The position numbers were made by a program, and so were the translations under genes. A DNA stretch of 64,000 nt from Chlorokybus atmophyticus (taxonomy: Eukaryota > Plantae > Mesostigma and Chlorokybus algae), in assembly GCA_009103225.1 (NCBI GenBank), contig RHPI01002438.1, positions 186,001-250,000 on the forward strand, given 5' to 3'. The notes beneath the pieces were generated by a model, which worked only from the letters and a program-made list of their open reading frames with translations, ran no database searches and had not been told where the DNA came from. Numbering within the stretch: position 1 is the stretch's first letter; the number at the start of each line of letters is the position of its first letter. This document shows positions 35,508 through 47,033 of this stretch, one piece after another.

Positions 35508-36983
35508 GGGGGAAGGGCTTTTGTACAAAGGTTGGGCTTCTATCTGGGCAAAGACATCATATATGCACTAGTGCGTAGCAGCATGTAATATACATGTATA
35601 TACAATCATTCTATCATTTTGAGTACTATTTTGCATAAATAGACCAACACTTAAATTGTTACTCAATGACACCACACTTATGAAACTGTTGGCACCAATA
35701 GTTGCATCAATATATTGTAACTGCCATACAGTTTGCAAATTGCAGATTTTGCAAGCAAACATTCCACAGCCATGCAAAAAACGCATAGCCTAATTCGTAC
35801 CTCACCTTGCATCTACTGTTTACTCTCGGTATACAAATTACGTTTTATTTTTCAGCTTTTCATGGTACCAACGGGGTTATTCTTTTGGCGCTTATAACAA
35901 TATATATTCTTTTATTGTCTATATATATTCCACTAAAAGATGTATTTTCGTAATATCCGTAAGTCACGTCACCGTATGCTGATGTGGCAAGAAAGGAATT
36001 GAGACATAGACATCAATAATTATGTTATGTACATAACTATTTATGAATTTTGTGACATGTTTATGCTAGTAACAATGTAATAGCATGCCGTTAACGAGGT
36101 ATTCCCCCTTTATAAGACTGAGCCCCCTCAAAATTATGTACAAGACTATTCCACTAACCAATAAAATTTGCCTATTAAACCATCGGTCTTTTGCAAATTT
36201 ATGATCTTAACGGGGTTATTCTCTTTAACCGAAGCCTTTCAACGGCAAACACCCTTGCACAAGGTGCTGCACGCCTACCTGGTATCCCTTGGCTTTAGTG
36301 TTTGATGTATGCTTCTCGCGTCACCGTTTGATAAAGAGAGCGCTTGGCAACTTGGGGGCCAGGTACGGCGGATTGGGCAGTCGCAAGTTGCGACTCGCAA
36401 CAGTAAGAGTTACAAAGCGTGTGTACCGGTATGCAGTGCATTGTCTGTGAATTTATCTAGGTAAACAGCCTGCACTGTCTAGGATATTCCTAGACAGTGC
36501 CGAGGGGACAGTCACCGGCAGGTTTGCTTTTTCGTGCCGGTATCCCCAAGGCTGCATGGCCAATGCATGCACGTTGTGTGCGTCCAAGCAGCCATGTTGC
36601 CTGTGCCTCGGACGCCCGAGGCTGGCCGTCCATGGGCGGAGCAGCAGGCTGGTGGCCATGGGGGAGGGGAGTGTGGGGGTGGGGCGGGGAGAAGGAGAGG
36701 ACGGGCAAGAGACGTCTGTCAGTGCCGTTGCCTGCCCCTCTGTCCCTTTCATCTTCCATGAGCAGCAGCTTGCTGCTCCGGCTCCTGTGGTTGCGTGGGG
36801 AGCAAGGAAGCTTTGCCACAGCGTGCTGGTTGGCATCGGTTGGTGTGCCGGAGGGTAACCAACCTGACTTGACTGGACCACACAGCCTTCGCCAAGCAGA
36901 TGCTGAAGGAGTGAGCTAGGGAGAAACCACATGCATGCTAGCCCTCCCCAACGGTAGCATTCGGTTTGCTATTTGCTCTAAGC

Positions 36984-39679
36984 ATGGCGGACAGCAGCAA
37001 CGCCAGCAACACCAACACCGGCAACCACATCCACCTGCTCTCCGCGTTTCTAGACGAACACGCTCCTCGTGCTGGTGGGTTTGACAGCACTCGGCACATT
37101 GGGCTTCCACCTCCTCTCCGACACCAGCATGCTGAAGCTGAAGCATCAATGCACGGGCAGCAGCAGCAGCAGCAGCAGTCAGGCCGCACCTCACCACGCT
37201 TCAATCGCACCTTCAGCGACCCTGGCTTCTCCTTGGCAGCTTCAGCCAGTGAAGCGCAGCGCAAAGCATGGTAAGGCGCTGCAGTCAAGGTCTCATGCAT
37301 GTCACCAACAAGTGACAAGCAAGCCAAGGGGTGGACATGCACTCAATGTGCTTGTAAGCAGCTATGTTATTCACAAGGAAGCCAAGCACGCAGATATAGC
37401 ACTAATGCCAGTGTCTTGCGCAATGCTTGCCAGAGTTCACAGCTGCTTGTAGACTCTCTGTTTTCAGCTATACGCTAGGCTCGACTGTACATGGTGAACA
37501 CAGGTCAGACCCTTTCACGGACTTCGAAACCATGACTCCGGACACAACCTCTCAGTTCAGCCTCAGCACCATTGCTGAGCTGCTCAGAGACAGCAGCCTG
37601 ATGGGAGTCGACGACTTGACTTTCACAACAGAAGGTTTGTCTTTACAGCTGCGCATACACAAATGTCCTAGTTTGGTTTGTCAAGTTTACCTGTGTGCAG
37701 ACCCCTTTGGCCTGGAAGCAACTGCCTTGCCGCCCCCTTTGCCAGGATGGGCAACAGAGCTGCCGGCCATCACCGAAAACGGCCAGTCTTCCATCTGGAC
37801 TCCCCCAAACGTGAAGGAAGAACTTCCTACCAGACCCGGCACTCAGAAGCTCAAGGTGCATGCTGAGACTTGTGTCTCTTGGAGTGTAACGCACAGTCAA
37901 CTGCTTGCAACCACAATTGCAATAGACATGCTGCATTTGACAAGTGCGTGTGCAGTAGCTGGCTGTTGACTGTGTCACTGTGTTGATGTGCAAAGTGCAG
38001 GCCGAGAGCAGAAGGAGCGGCTCCAAACAGACACGGTCACAAGGCTCGCTTTCAGACACTGAGCTTCTGGACATGGTTTCATCGCCACCTAGCGCTCAAC
38101 CGGCTCCGTACTTCAGAGGCCCCAGCACGAGTGCTTTGCCACGCCCCGCACATGCACACGAGCAAGCACAGGTACAGCTTACTCAACGTACCTGTGCTCT
38201 CACAGTCCACAGCAATGCTGTGATGTTGTCCAGCAGTATGTCATCCCTCTGAATGACACAAGCGCCGCTTAGTCACAAAAGCTATGAGTGCAGGGCTGGC
38301 GAAGCTCACCAAGAGACGTGCTGAACAACAGCTGGACAACAGGCTCCACAGGTAAAATGACGCGCCAGCGCAGCTTTCAGACACGCTCCCGCACCATCCC
38401 ACTCTTCCACCCAAACCGTATTGGCAAACCAGGTGCGGTGACATGGTGACTTGTTGGCCTTTGCTGTCCTGACTGTTCTCAGTAGCGCTCGTCTTGTTTC
38501 CTGATCAGCTGCTGACGTCATCACTAACCAGGGCTTTCCACTGCCTTACGGGGCTATGTCAATCCAGCTGACCTCATACCAGCCCCGCGCGAGCGCTCCT
38601 CAACGTACGTGTAAGCCTGTTTCAGTGCACGTGCTGCCTAAAGCAGTTAACCAAGCTGAACTGGTGACTCTTGCCTCTCTTTGTCGTAATCAAGCTGCTG
38701 AGATGGTCTTTCCCTTCATGAGGTACCGAGGAGTCACGAAGCACAGGCGCAGCGGCCGCTGGGAAGCGTACATCTGGTCAGTCCAATGCCGCATAGCAAT
38801 GTGTGCAAATCTGCGTGGGTGCCCTGTGCACCAAAAATAACTTCACTTTCGTGCTGTCGTACAGGATACCAGCTGCTGGAAAGCAGATGTATCTGGTATG
38901 CATTGCGCATGTTGCATTGGTATACAGACCTCAAGAGAGCTTGCATACATATGCAGGTTGTCAAATTGCAATACACTCAGCTATTGCAGTTTGACATGCT
39001 TGGTTGCTGCAGGGTGGATTTGAGACAGAGGAGTGCGCAGGTAAGGGAAGCAACTGCCTGATTGCTATGTGCCTCCAATATTGCTGCACTACTGCTTGTC
39101 TCCTCACGCATGTGCAAAACAGCTGAGGCATATGACATCGTCGCCATCAAGCATAGAGGAAAGGTACACGTGTTGTTGCCTTTCTGGCCGCGTCGTCACA
39201 CAGTTTGGGACGTGTGCTACTTGATGATGTGCAGGAAGCGGTCACAAATTTCAACATTGAGGAGTACGCCGACATGATGGACCACATTGTAAGTGCGTGA
39301 AGGTTACATTCCAGTGTTGACTACAAGTTCACTACAATTGAAACTGAACTATCAGTAGAAGCGGACTGACTGCTGCTGCAAGCGTTAGTCAAGCGACCAG
39401 CTTATGACTTGTTGCTTAACTGCTACAGGCCTCTGCAGACATCAAGGACCTGATTGTGGAGGTACGCACCAACAGCAAAGGCAAACTCCGGAAACACGGC
39501 AGGGTAAGAGTGACAGAGTGTAGTGCGGTGTCTGACATTCTGGTGGTGTAAATCATACAATGAACACTGATGTTCGCTGATGTATGGCCTGTCTTGAGCT
39601 CACACATGCATTACATTTGTGCCTGCAGCAACAAGCTGGCACCTCTTCCACAACAACATCCAGCGACAGTCAACCTTGA
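36984..39679 (+). CDS. AP2/ERF-superfamily transcription factor, AP2-subfamily-like, with one recognisable AP2 domain
   Basis: Small exons splice to YRGVTKHRRSGRWEAYIW|IPAAGKQMYL|GGFETEECA|AEAYDIVAIKHRG...TNFNIEEYADMMDHI, followed by linker-like ASADIKDLIVEVRTNSKG. The N-terminus is Q/S-rich. The 3' end is inferred. Confidence 0.82.
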
Positions 39680-40118
39680 TCAGGTACTTAATCGTTATTT
39701 AGACAGTAGTACTAAGCCTGCATAACAGTTGCACGTTGTGCTGCTGTTCATACCTTCCTCTTTGCTGGCTTGATCAGGGCATATTGCACCCTCGACATTA
39801 TGTCACCAGCAGAAACTCCTGTACAGAAGATAATGCCGCATGCGTGGACTCCAGGCGAATATAAATTGCTTCCACGCAGCGCACCCGTCGCGTAGTGTGT
39901 TGTTGCAAGCAACAGCCAGTCAGGAAACAGGTCATTCACTCTGTTAGCTGCCCATGAGCTGAACTCAGAGCCCCCTCTTTCAGCTTTGGTCAGCAGCGAT
40001 CATCCGGTCTGTATTGAAGACTGGATCTGCTAGTTAGCTTGGTAAGCGTAATGTCAGCATGCAGCGCTACTACTGTATTACTGTTTAGCAGCTAGGCAAT
40101 TAATTGCAGGACCAAGTG

Positions 40119-42951
40119 CTACAGCTTGAGTCCTGCCATGGCTTCCGACATGGAAGACAAGTCCCAAAGTACCATTTTACCATCAAGCCCTGCACCACAA
40201 GACTGGCTTAGGACAGGCTGCAATAGGATGCGATGCATGTTCGCATTTTCTACATGCTGTTTTGCTGACCTGTTGTTGAAAACCGTGTGACAGCTGATGC
40301 TCCTGCCGCGCCAGTGGACTGTATAGACCTGCATGCAGGTACATTAGCATTACATAAGCAGTGTGTAGCGTTAAAATATGCATGCGCACACATGCACCCG
40401 TACACACCAGTCACATCCAAACATGCATGTGCCCTTGCGCACAAATGCCCACAGACAGAGAGACAGAGAGAAAGAGACAGACATAGACGCAGACCCAAGC
40501 ATGTGCGCACGTGCGCACACACACTCACACAGAGAAAACAGTAGCACGCAGCACACATTGCTGTAGTATGAGTTGAGTTTGCTCACGTGATGCAATTGTG
40601 ATGCGCTGTACTCGGCTCCTCCGCAGGCTCCTCAGACTGCCCGCGCTCTGTCTGTCCATGGAACTTTTTCAAAGCGGAGGCAAACTGCACCACAACATGC
40701 CCCTCAGATGCATACGCATAACACACATGGATTGTGATGTTATAGTGCATCACACTGCAACGGAGTTCAACAATGGTGATGATGACATCAGCAACATTAC
40801 TCGTTCTTATACCTGTGACCCCTGCTTGGAAGAGGCTTCCGTAGTTTTCGGCTCGTCAATTAACCGCAAGACCGACCTGCGAGAGGAGTGCCACATGAAC
40901 ACAACAACGCAGATTCGCGTATGATATGCGTCATCCCCTTCACTCCCTCCTTCACTCCTCGCCCCCCACACGCGCGCGCGCGCACACACAATCACTCACC
41001 ATTTGCCGCTCACGTCCTCTAGAAGAATGGGATTCTGCTCAAAGCCCACCGCCACCGCCCTTGTCTCAGACAGAAACAAAACCTGGTAAATCCAACCAGA
41101 CTTTGATTGCAATCAACATGTACCTGCTCATTTGCTTACACACTTCAATGATACATGCAACCTACGCCGCAAGTGATTAAACAGACACTACAACTCACGT
41201 CTTTGCAAGGCAGGTAGGGTGTCTGCACGCACTCTGCGGCTTCTGAAGCCCCCAACTTGTTCACAAAGTAAACTCCTGAGTCGTGGCCTGCATTGACACA
41301 AATACTGTTTTCCAAGGCACAGTCGCAGCGGCTTATGTGGTTGCCAACAACACGCCCCAACATCGCACATACCAATGAAAGCCAAGCGCCCTCCCGAAGG
41401 TGAGAACCGGACGCCGTGGACCCAACACGATGCTTCATACTGAAACAACACCTGAGCACGTATGTATGAATATTGACAATCAATTCATCAGGCATTGGCA
41501 TGTGAACTGATGTCAGTTCACTTACATACCTCCCCAAACTTGCCCTGGCCATATGGTGTCTCCCCCTCTCTGTCGCATTAAGAAACACATGCACGTCACA
41601 TGCTTTTGCATCATCCGGTTGAACTCTGTTGATGATAATAACGACACTAAGCTGCCAACAGTGCTGTGTGCGTGTTGACCTGTCAACTCCTGCAATGAAT
41701 GCATTGAACACCCGGCACTTGTTGTCGCTCGATGCAGTGGCCAACAAAACCTGCATGAGCACATATTCCAGTTACGTAGCTCTTATGCGTCAACTCTGAA
41801 TCACCGATTGTAGCATTGCATGGATACGCACGTTGTTTGGGTGCCAAGCCACTGCCAGAACCGTGGAGTTGTGCTTTTTCCTGATCTGCTTGCTGACCCA
41901 CCTGCAAATTGTATGTCGCACACGACAACTTGGTTTGAATACGAACACAATTCTTTGCTCACAACATGATCCCTCCACTCTGTGCAAGTTGCAAATGATT
42001 GAAAGAACTGCATGCAGAGTGCAGTTTACCAGTTGTTGGCCACGTCAAAGTAGCACACGCACGCGCTCTTTGCGCTGCTGCCAACAGCAAACTTTGTCTC
42101 TGCCGCCAACAAAGCAACTCAATGCATGAAAACTTTGAAGGTACAATGCAACTTGAAGCTACAATGCAGCATGTGCGCCCACACCAATGCGCGCGCTTCT
42201 GCGTCTAGGTGACGTCCTTGCAAGCGTGTATGAGAGACAGTGTGTCTACGCATGCGTGCAAGCATGTGTGTGTCAACGTATACATACCGTCAGGCGTCCA
42301 TCGCACGCAGACAGCTGCGCGATCCAATCGTAGCAGCACGAGCGTCGGTTGCCACACGCCCTCTTCCTTAGACAAACTCCACACGTACCTATTACAACAT
42401 TGCAACAGACGGTGTGAGACAAACAGGGTTGAGTTACTACAATTGACTGCTGCTGTTGCTTACGCATTGCGATCATGTGAAGCCGTCACGATTCGGTTGG
42501 TCGTTGGAGCCCAGTCCACGCCAGCAATCACTTGATCATGCTGTATAACATCACTGTTTGAATACTCATCATCAACTGCAAGCTTAGGTGCATGTGTGTA
42601 TACGTGGCTATTCGCGCGCGTGCAGGTACATGTGGTTATGTGTGCGCACATATGTGCACCTCTTTGAGGACGTGCTGGCGCTCCCACACAGTGGCAGCAT
42701 TGCTGTTGGTGCGTGCGTCGGCCGTGTAAATATGCAGCTCGCTGTTGTTGGGGCAGATGGCCAGCACTGACCACGGCACGTGCATACCAGTGAGCAACGG
42801 TATATAAACACATGCACCAAACCATGGTTTTGCGCCTGTGTTGTTGTGTGATGCAATTGTCAGCTTGTAGGTCTTGCTTACGTGTGCGGTCGGCATTCCA
42901 TGCGTGGCAGCTGATTGTGCTTGCCAGCTGTTGAACCCTTACTACTGCCAT
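40119..42951 (-). CDS. ARPC1: Arp2/3 complex subunit 1 (p41-Arc, WD40)
   Basis: ISCHAWNADRT; HDQVIAGVDWAPTTNRIVTASHDRNA; WQPTLVLLRLDRAAVCVRWTP; WVSKQIRKKHNSTVLAVAWHPNN; LLATASSDNKCRVF; ends GLDGKMVLWDL...GLKL*. Confidence 0.92.
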
Positions 42952-43892
42952 CTGCGGAGCTCTTTACACATATGCGCATGTCAGTACACGCGTATGCTCG
43001 CAACACGTACCACACACGCATACGCATACGTGCGCACACACAAAACTATTTTGCTGCACAGTCCTGACGTGGCATGCACGCATCATCGCGTTGCGTTGCT
43101 CTTTGTCTGCCTGGACTAACCAGGAAAGTAAGCCAGAAAAAATCACCACACACGAGCAGAATGCCAATGCGTTTGCTATGTCCCCACAGGCATCTTTTAC
43201 TCCTGTACAAGCGCGAGTAGTGCACAGGGCTGAGAATGAGAAAAAGAAGTATGCGAGTACTAGTCTCACCTCACTCAGTTGGTCATGTAGCGCCCTCTTT
43301 CCCTGCTCCCTTCCAGCCTCGAGAGCAACTACAACCAAGCTACCAAGTGTTGACGGAAATTCAGGCACTGTCCAATACCCGCCCACATTGCCTCAGCCTT
43401 GGGCTATTTTTAAATGCGGACAAGCTTCTTGCAACCTTCCGTAGAGATGATGCTCGTACACTTCAAGCTGTTAACCCTAAGATAGAATGTGTGTGCGCAT
43501 TCGCATGAGCTTGCTTCCAGTGATCACACTTGGTGATCGTTGGAAGCAAGCAGCTAGGCTAGGCCTACGCTTAAACGCCCAAGCAACAAACCCGTAGCAA
43601 CACGCAGCAATCAAGCACCATCCCCCAAGCTCTCCTTCACAATCACACTCCACACACCCATGCACCTAGCCACGGACTTGTGCTTTTCAACTTAAGCCTA
43701 GGCGCCTTCCCAGAGCTCAGCTCGCAACAAACTTGGCAGCAGTCGAGAGAGAGAGAGAGAGAGAGAGAGAGCATCCTCTCGTAAAGCGCTGCTTGCCGCG
43801 GTGTACTTGAAGCTGGTGGCGAAAGAAATCAACCGAGTTTGACTGATTGTGTGTGCGTGTGTTTAACAGTGGTTGGTTAGTCGGAATGCAGG

Positions 43893-46191
43893 ATGCTGTG
43901 GGCGGCAGCGTCGGCGGCGACGTCGGTGTCGTCGTCGTCGTCGCTGGCCGCACGCAGTAGTAGGGTCTGTCGAGTTTGTTCAGCTGCAGCGAGGCTGCGC
44001 TGTCTGTCGAAGGGGCGGGCACTGCGGCAGGTAGTCGTCATGTCCACGATAAGCGACGCCGAATCAGCAGCTCTCTCCTCCGGGCCTGACCAGGCCTGGA
44101 AGGGGGAGCTGAAGGCGCAGGGGCAAGGGCACCTGTTGGATGCCCTGGATAAGCTGCAGTACAAGGAGAAAGACCCCTTAGGCATCCATGCCAGTGTTCT
44201 TGAGACGCAGCTGCGGAAGCTGGCGGAGCAGCTGCCCGCCTTGCTGAGAGCGGTGGATGCGTCCAGGCAAGCTCCCGGCAAGGAGGAGGAGGCGGCGCAC
44301 AGCCTGCTGCCGCCGGACAACGTCGCCACGCTGGCTCGGCGCACGGCCGATGATGTGGCGAGATGGAGGTCTATTGGGCTGAAGCTGCTAGCGGAGGGCA
44401 AAGTCGCTGTGCTGCTGCTAGCTGGAGGCCAGGTGAAAGAGAGTGCGAGTTCGAGTCTCTCCTTGCAAGCATGCAGCATGCATGCCGTCGTTGCGCAGTG
44501 CCTGCTGCATTGTCGGCTATCTATTGAGTAGCATTGTGTGTGTAAGTTGCATTGTGCTCGTGCACAGGGCAGCCTGTGCTGGATTGCAGATATGCTGAGC
44601 TTTGAGTGCATGTGAAGGCTGTCTTAGTTGCAGCATTGCATGGCGCAGTATAAAACTTCAACTACAACAAGCAAACAAAGCGCTATGCAGCTGCTTGTTA
44701 AGTGCAGATGGTAGGGCCAGCAGCAAATGACATGCGTGCTGTGACGTTAGGGCACGCGGTTGGGCAGCACTGCACCAAAGGGCTGCTACGGTGTGAACAT
44801 TGGGCTTGAGTCACGCACATGTGCCAAGTTTGCGATCCAGCTGGCACAACATGCAAACTGCTGATACTGCTGGAGTGGCGCTTTGCAGACATAGGGCTGC
44901 CGTCGCACAAGTCTCTCTTGCAGCTCCAAGCAGAACGGCTGCGCAGTCAGCAGTCTGCTGCTGGTGAGTGCAATACTACTGCGTTGTGTTCACGTTGTGG
45001 CATGTGCATTGCAATGACGCGCGCTGTGATAGCCCAACATAAGCCACATTGGCGCAGGCACTGGTACAATACCTTGGTACATAATGACCAGCTGGGCTAC
45101 ATACAGTGCGACAGAGGAACACTTTTTCCAGCACAAATTCTTTGGGCTGAAGGACTCTCAGGCATGAATAGTGAATAGGATGCTTGCAGGGAGTTTGTTT
45201 CACGGTATGTTTTCAGCTGTTGGCTGTCATACGCGCATTTGCTCATGGGTGTTACGTCTCTGTATTCAACAGGTACAGTTTTTCAAGCAAGGCGAGTTGC
45301 CATGCCTGACAGTTGATGACAAGGTCATCTTGGAAAGCCCAACAGAGGTAGTTAGCCAGGAAGGCATCTGTGTCTTGTGCGCTGGAGAACTTTGCATCGA
45401 AATGATTGCTTGAATTGGGTAAGCTGACTTTCTGGTTGCAGATCGCGAAGGCGCCAAATGGCAACGGTGGTGTATACCATGCGCTGCATCGCAGTGGGTG
45501 CTTGAAAGACATGCAAGAGAGAGGCGTTGAGCACATACACTGCTTTTCGGTAGACAACGCGCTGGTGCGTGTGGCCGACCCGGTCTTCATTGGATATTGT
45601 GTTGATCAGCAAGCAGATTGCGCAGCCAAGGTGGTAGCCAAGGCGTATCCAGCGGAGCGAGTGGGTGTGTTTGCCCGTCGTGCAGGCGCTTTGGGTGTCG
45701 TGGAGTACTCTGAGATGCCGCAGGCAGTCGCGACATCTGTGGATACGCGAACTGGAGAGTTAATGTACAAATGGAGCAACATATGTGTGCACTACTATTC
45801 GCGACAGTTTCTGGAAGCTATGGGCACACAGGAGCATCTGGCACAGTACCACCTTGCCGTCAAGGACATCCCATCTGTCACCGGAGTGGTGAAAGGTGTC
45901 AAGTTGGAGCAGTTCATCTTCGATGCTTTCAAGCACGCCAAGAAGATGGCGCTGTTTGAGGTTCTGAGGGCTGCCGAGTTTGCGCCTGTGAAGAATGCAT
46001 CTGGTGCTGACTCACCCGAGACTGCGCGCGAGTTACTGAGCGCGTTGCACCAGAGTTGGGTGCAGGCGGCTGGTGGTTCTATCAACGGCAGTGGGTTGGT
46101 TGAGGTTTCGCCCCTGCTCTCGTTAGAGGGTGAGCACTTACAAGAACGCTGTGCTGGACACGCATTCCAACCACCCATTGAACTTCGCTGA
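43893..46191 (+). CDS. UAP1: UDP-N-acetylglucosamine pyrophosphorylase (eukaryotic UAP1/GlcNAc1pUT) with an N-terminal organellar transit-peptide-like extension
   Basis: KVAVLLLAGGQ|GTRLG...PKG; DIGLPSHKSLLQLQAERL; PWYIMTS; APNGNGGVYHAL; VDNALVRVADPVFIG; KLEQFIFDAF; EFAPVKNA. Confidence 0.93.
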
Positions 46192-46969
46192 TGTGTGTGG
46201 TCACATCAGCTTGTGAACTGTTGCTTCAACACAGCAACACTGCGCGTTTTTCCGCGCTTCTGCTGTACTGCAGCATGCTGAGCTGTCCGCGGGCAACAAC
46301 TGTCATGGAGCTATTCAACATGTATTGTCCTACTCAATCGCGCAATTCAACGCTTGCTTGAAAGCCTCCTTTTCAGCAATAGATGTGTCAGGGAATTGCA
46401 ACAACATCGCAGCGCAACACTACAATGCTGTGAGCATTACCAAAACGACCTTGTGCCTCTTGACACTGAGACATGTAGGTAATGTGGCCAGCCTTTTCAG
46501 AGTTCTGCACAGCGCACCATTATATTGATTGCCTGCAAGTTACAGCGCACTATCCAACGACGCGTTTATTCAATTATTTTCAATGGGTTATCGCAGCGCT
46601 TATTAATTGCATGTCAACATGCGCCGCTGTAAACGCATTTTCAAGCATAAGCTAATGAACTCCCGGCAATGGCAGTGGGTTGCATATGTTGTATCTTCCA
46701 TTTCACGCCCTGCACCAACCTTTGTGAGGGCGTGGTCTCGATGACCCGTGAAACATTCAACCCCTTATATTGAGTGCACATGTGCAATAATGTCACACCG
46801 CATCAATCGCTTTGCCATATAGCATACATGCGATCATGCAGTCATGGCCACACGCGCATTAGCCTACAGACATGCTTCATGTGCACATTGGTAATTGGTA
46901 ATGGACGCAAAGCCCTTCGCCTTCAAGACAATAGCCTCAGTCATGAGTGCCTAGCCTAGCAATGCCGCT

Positions 46970-47030
<61 letters not shown>
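46970..47030. repeat. (CT)n microsatellite
   Basis: Seen directly. Confidence 0.95.

Positions 47031-47033
<3 letters not shown>

Noticed and set aside
43877-44611. 244-aa antisense ORF, and similar long shadow ORFs opposite other GC-rich exons
   Set aside because: Mirror frames of real exons or read-through of low-complexity introns, with no domain features.
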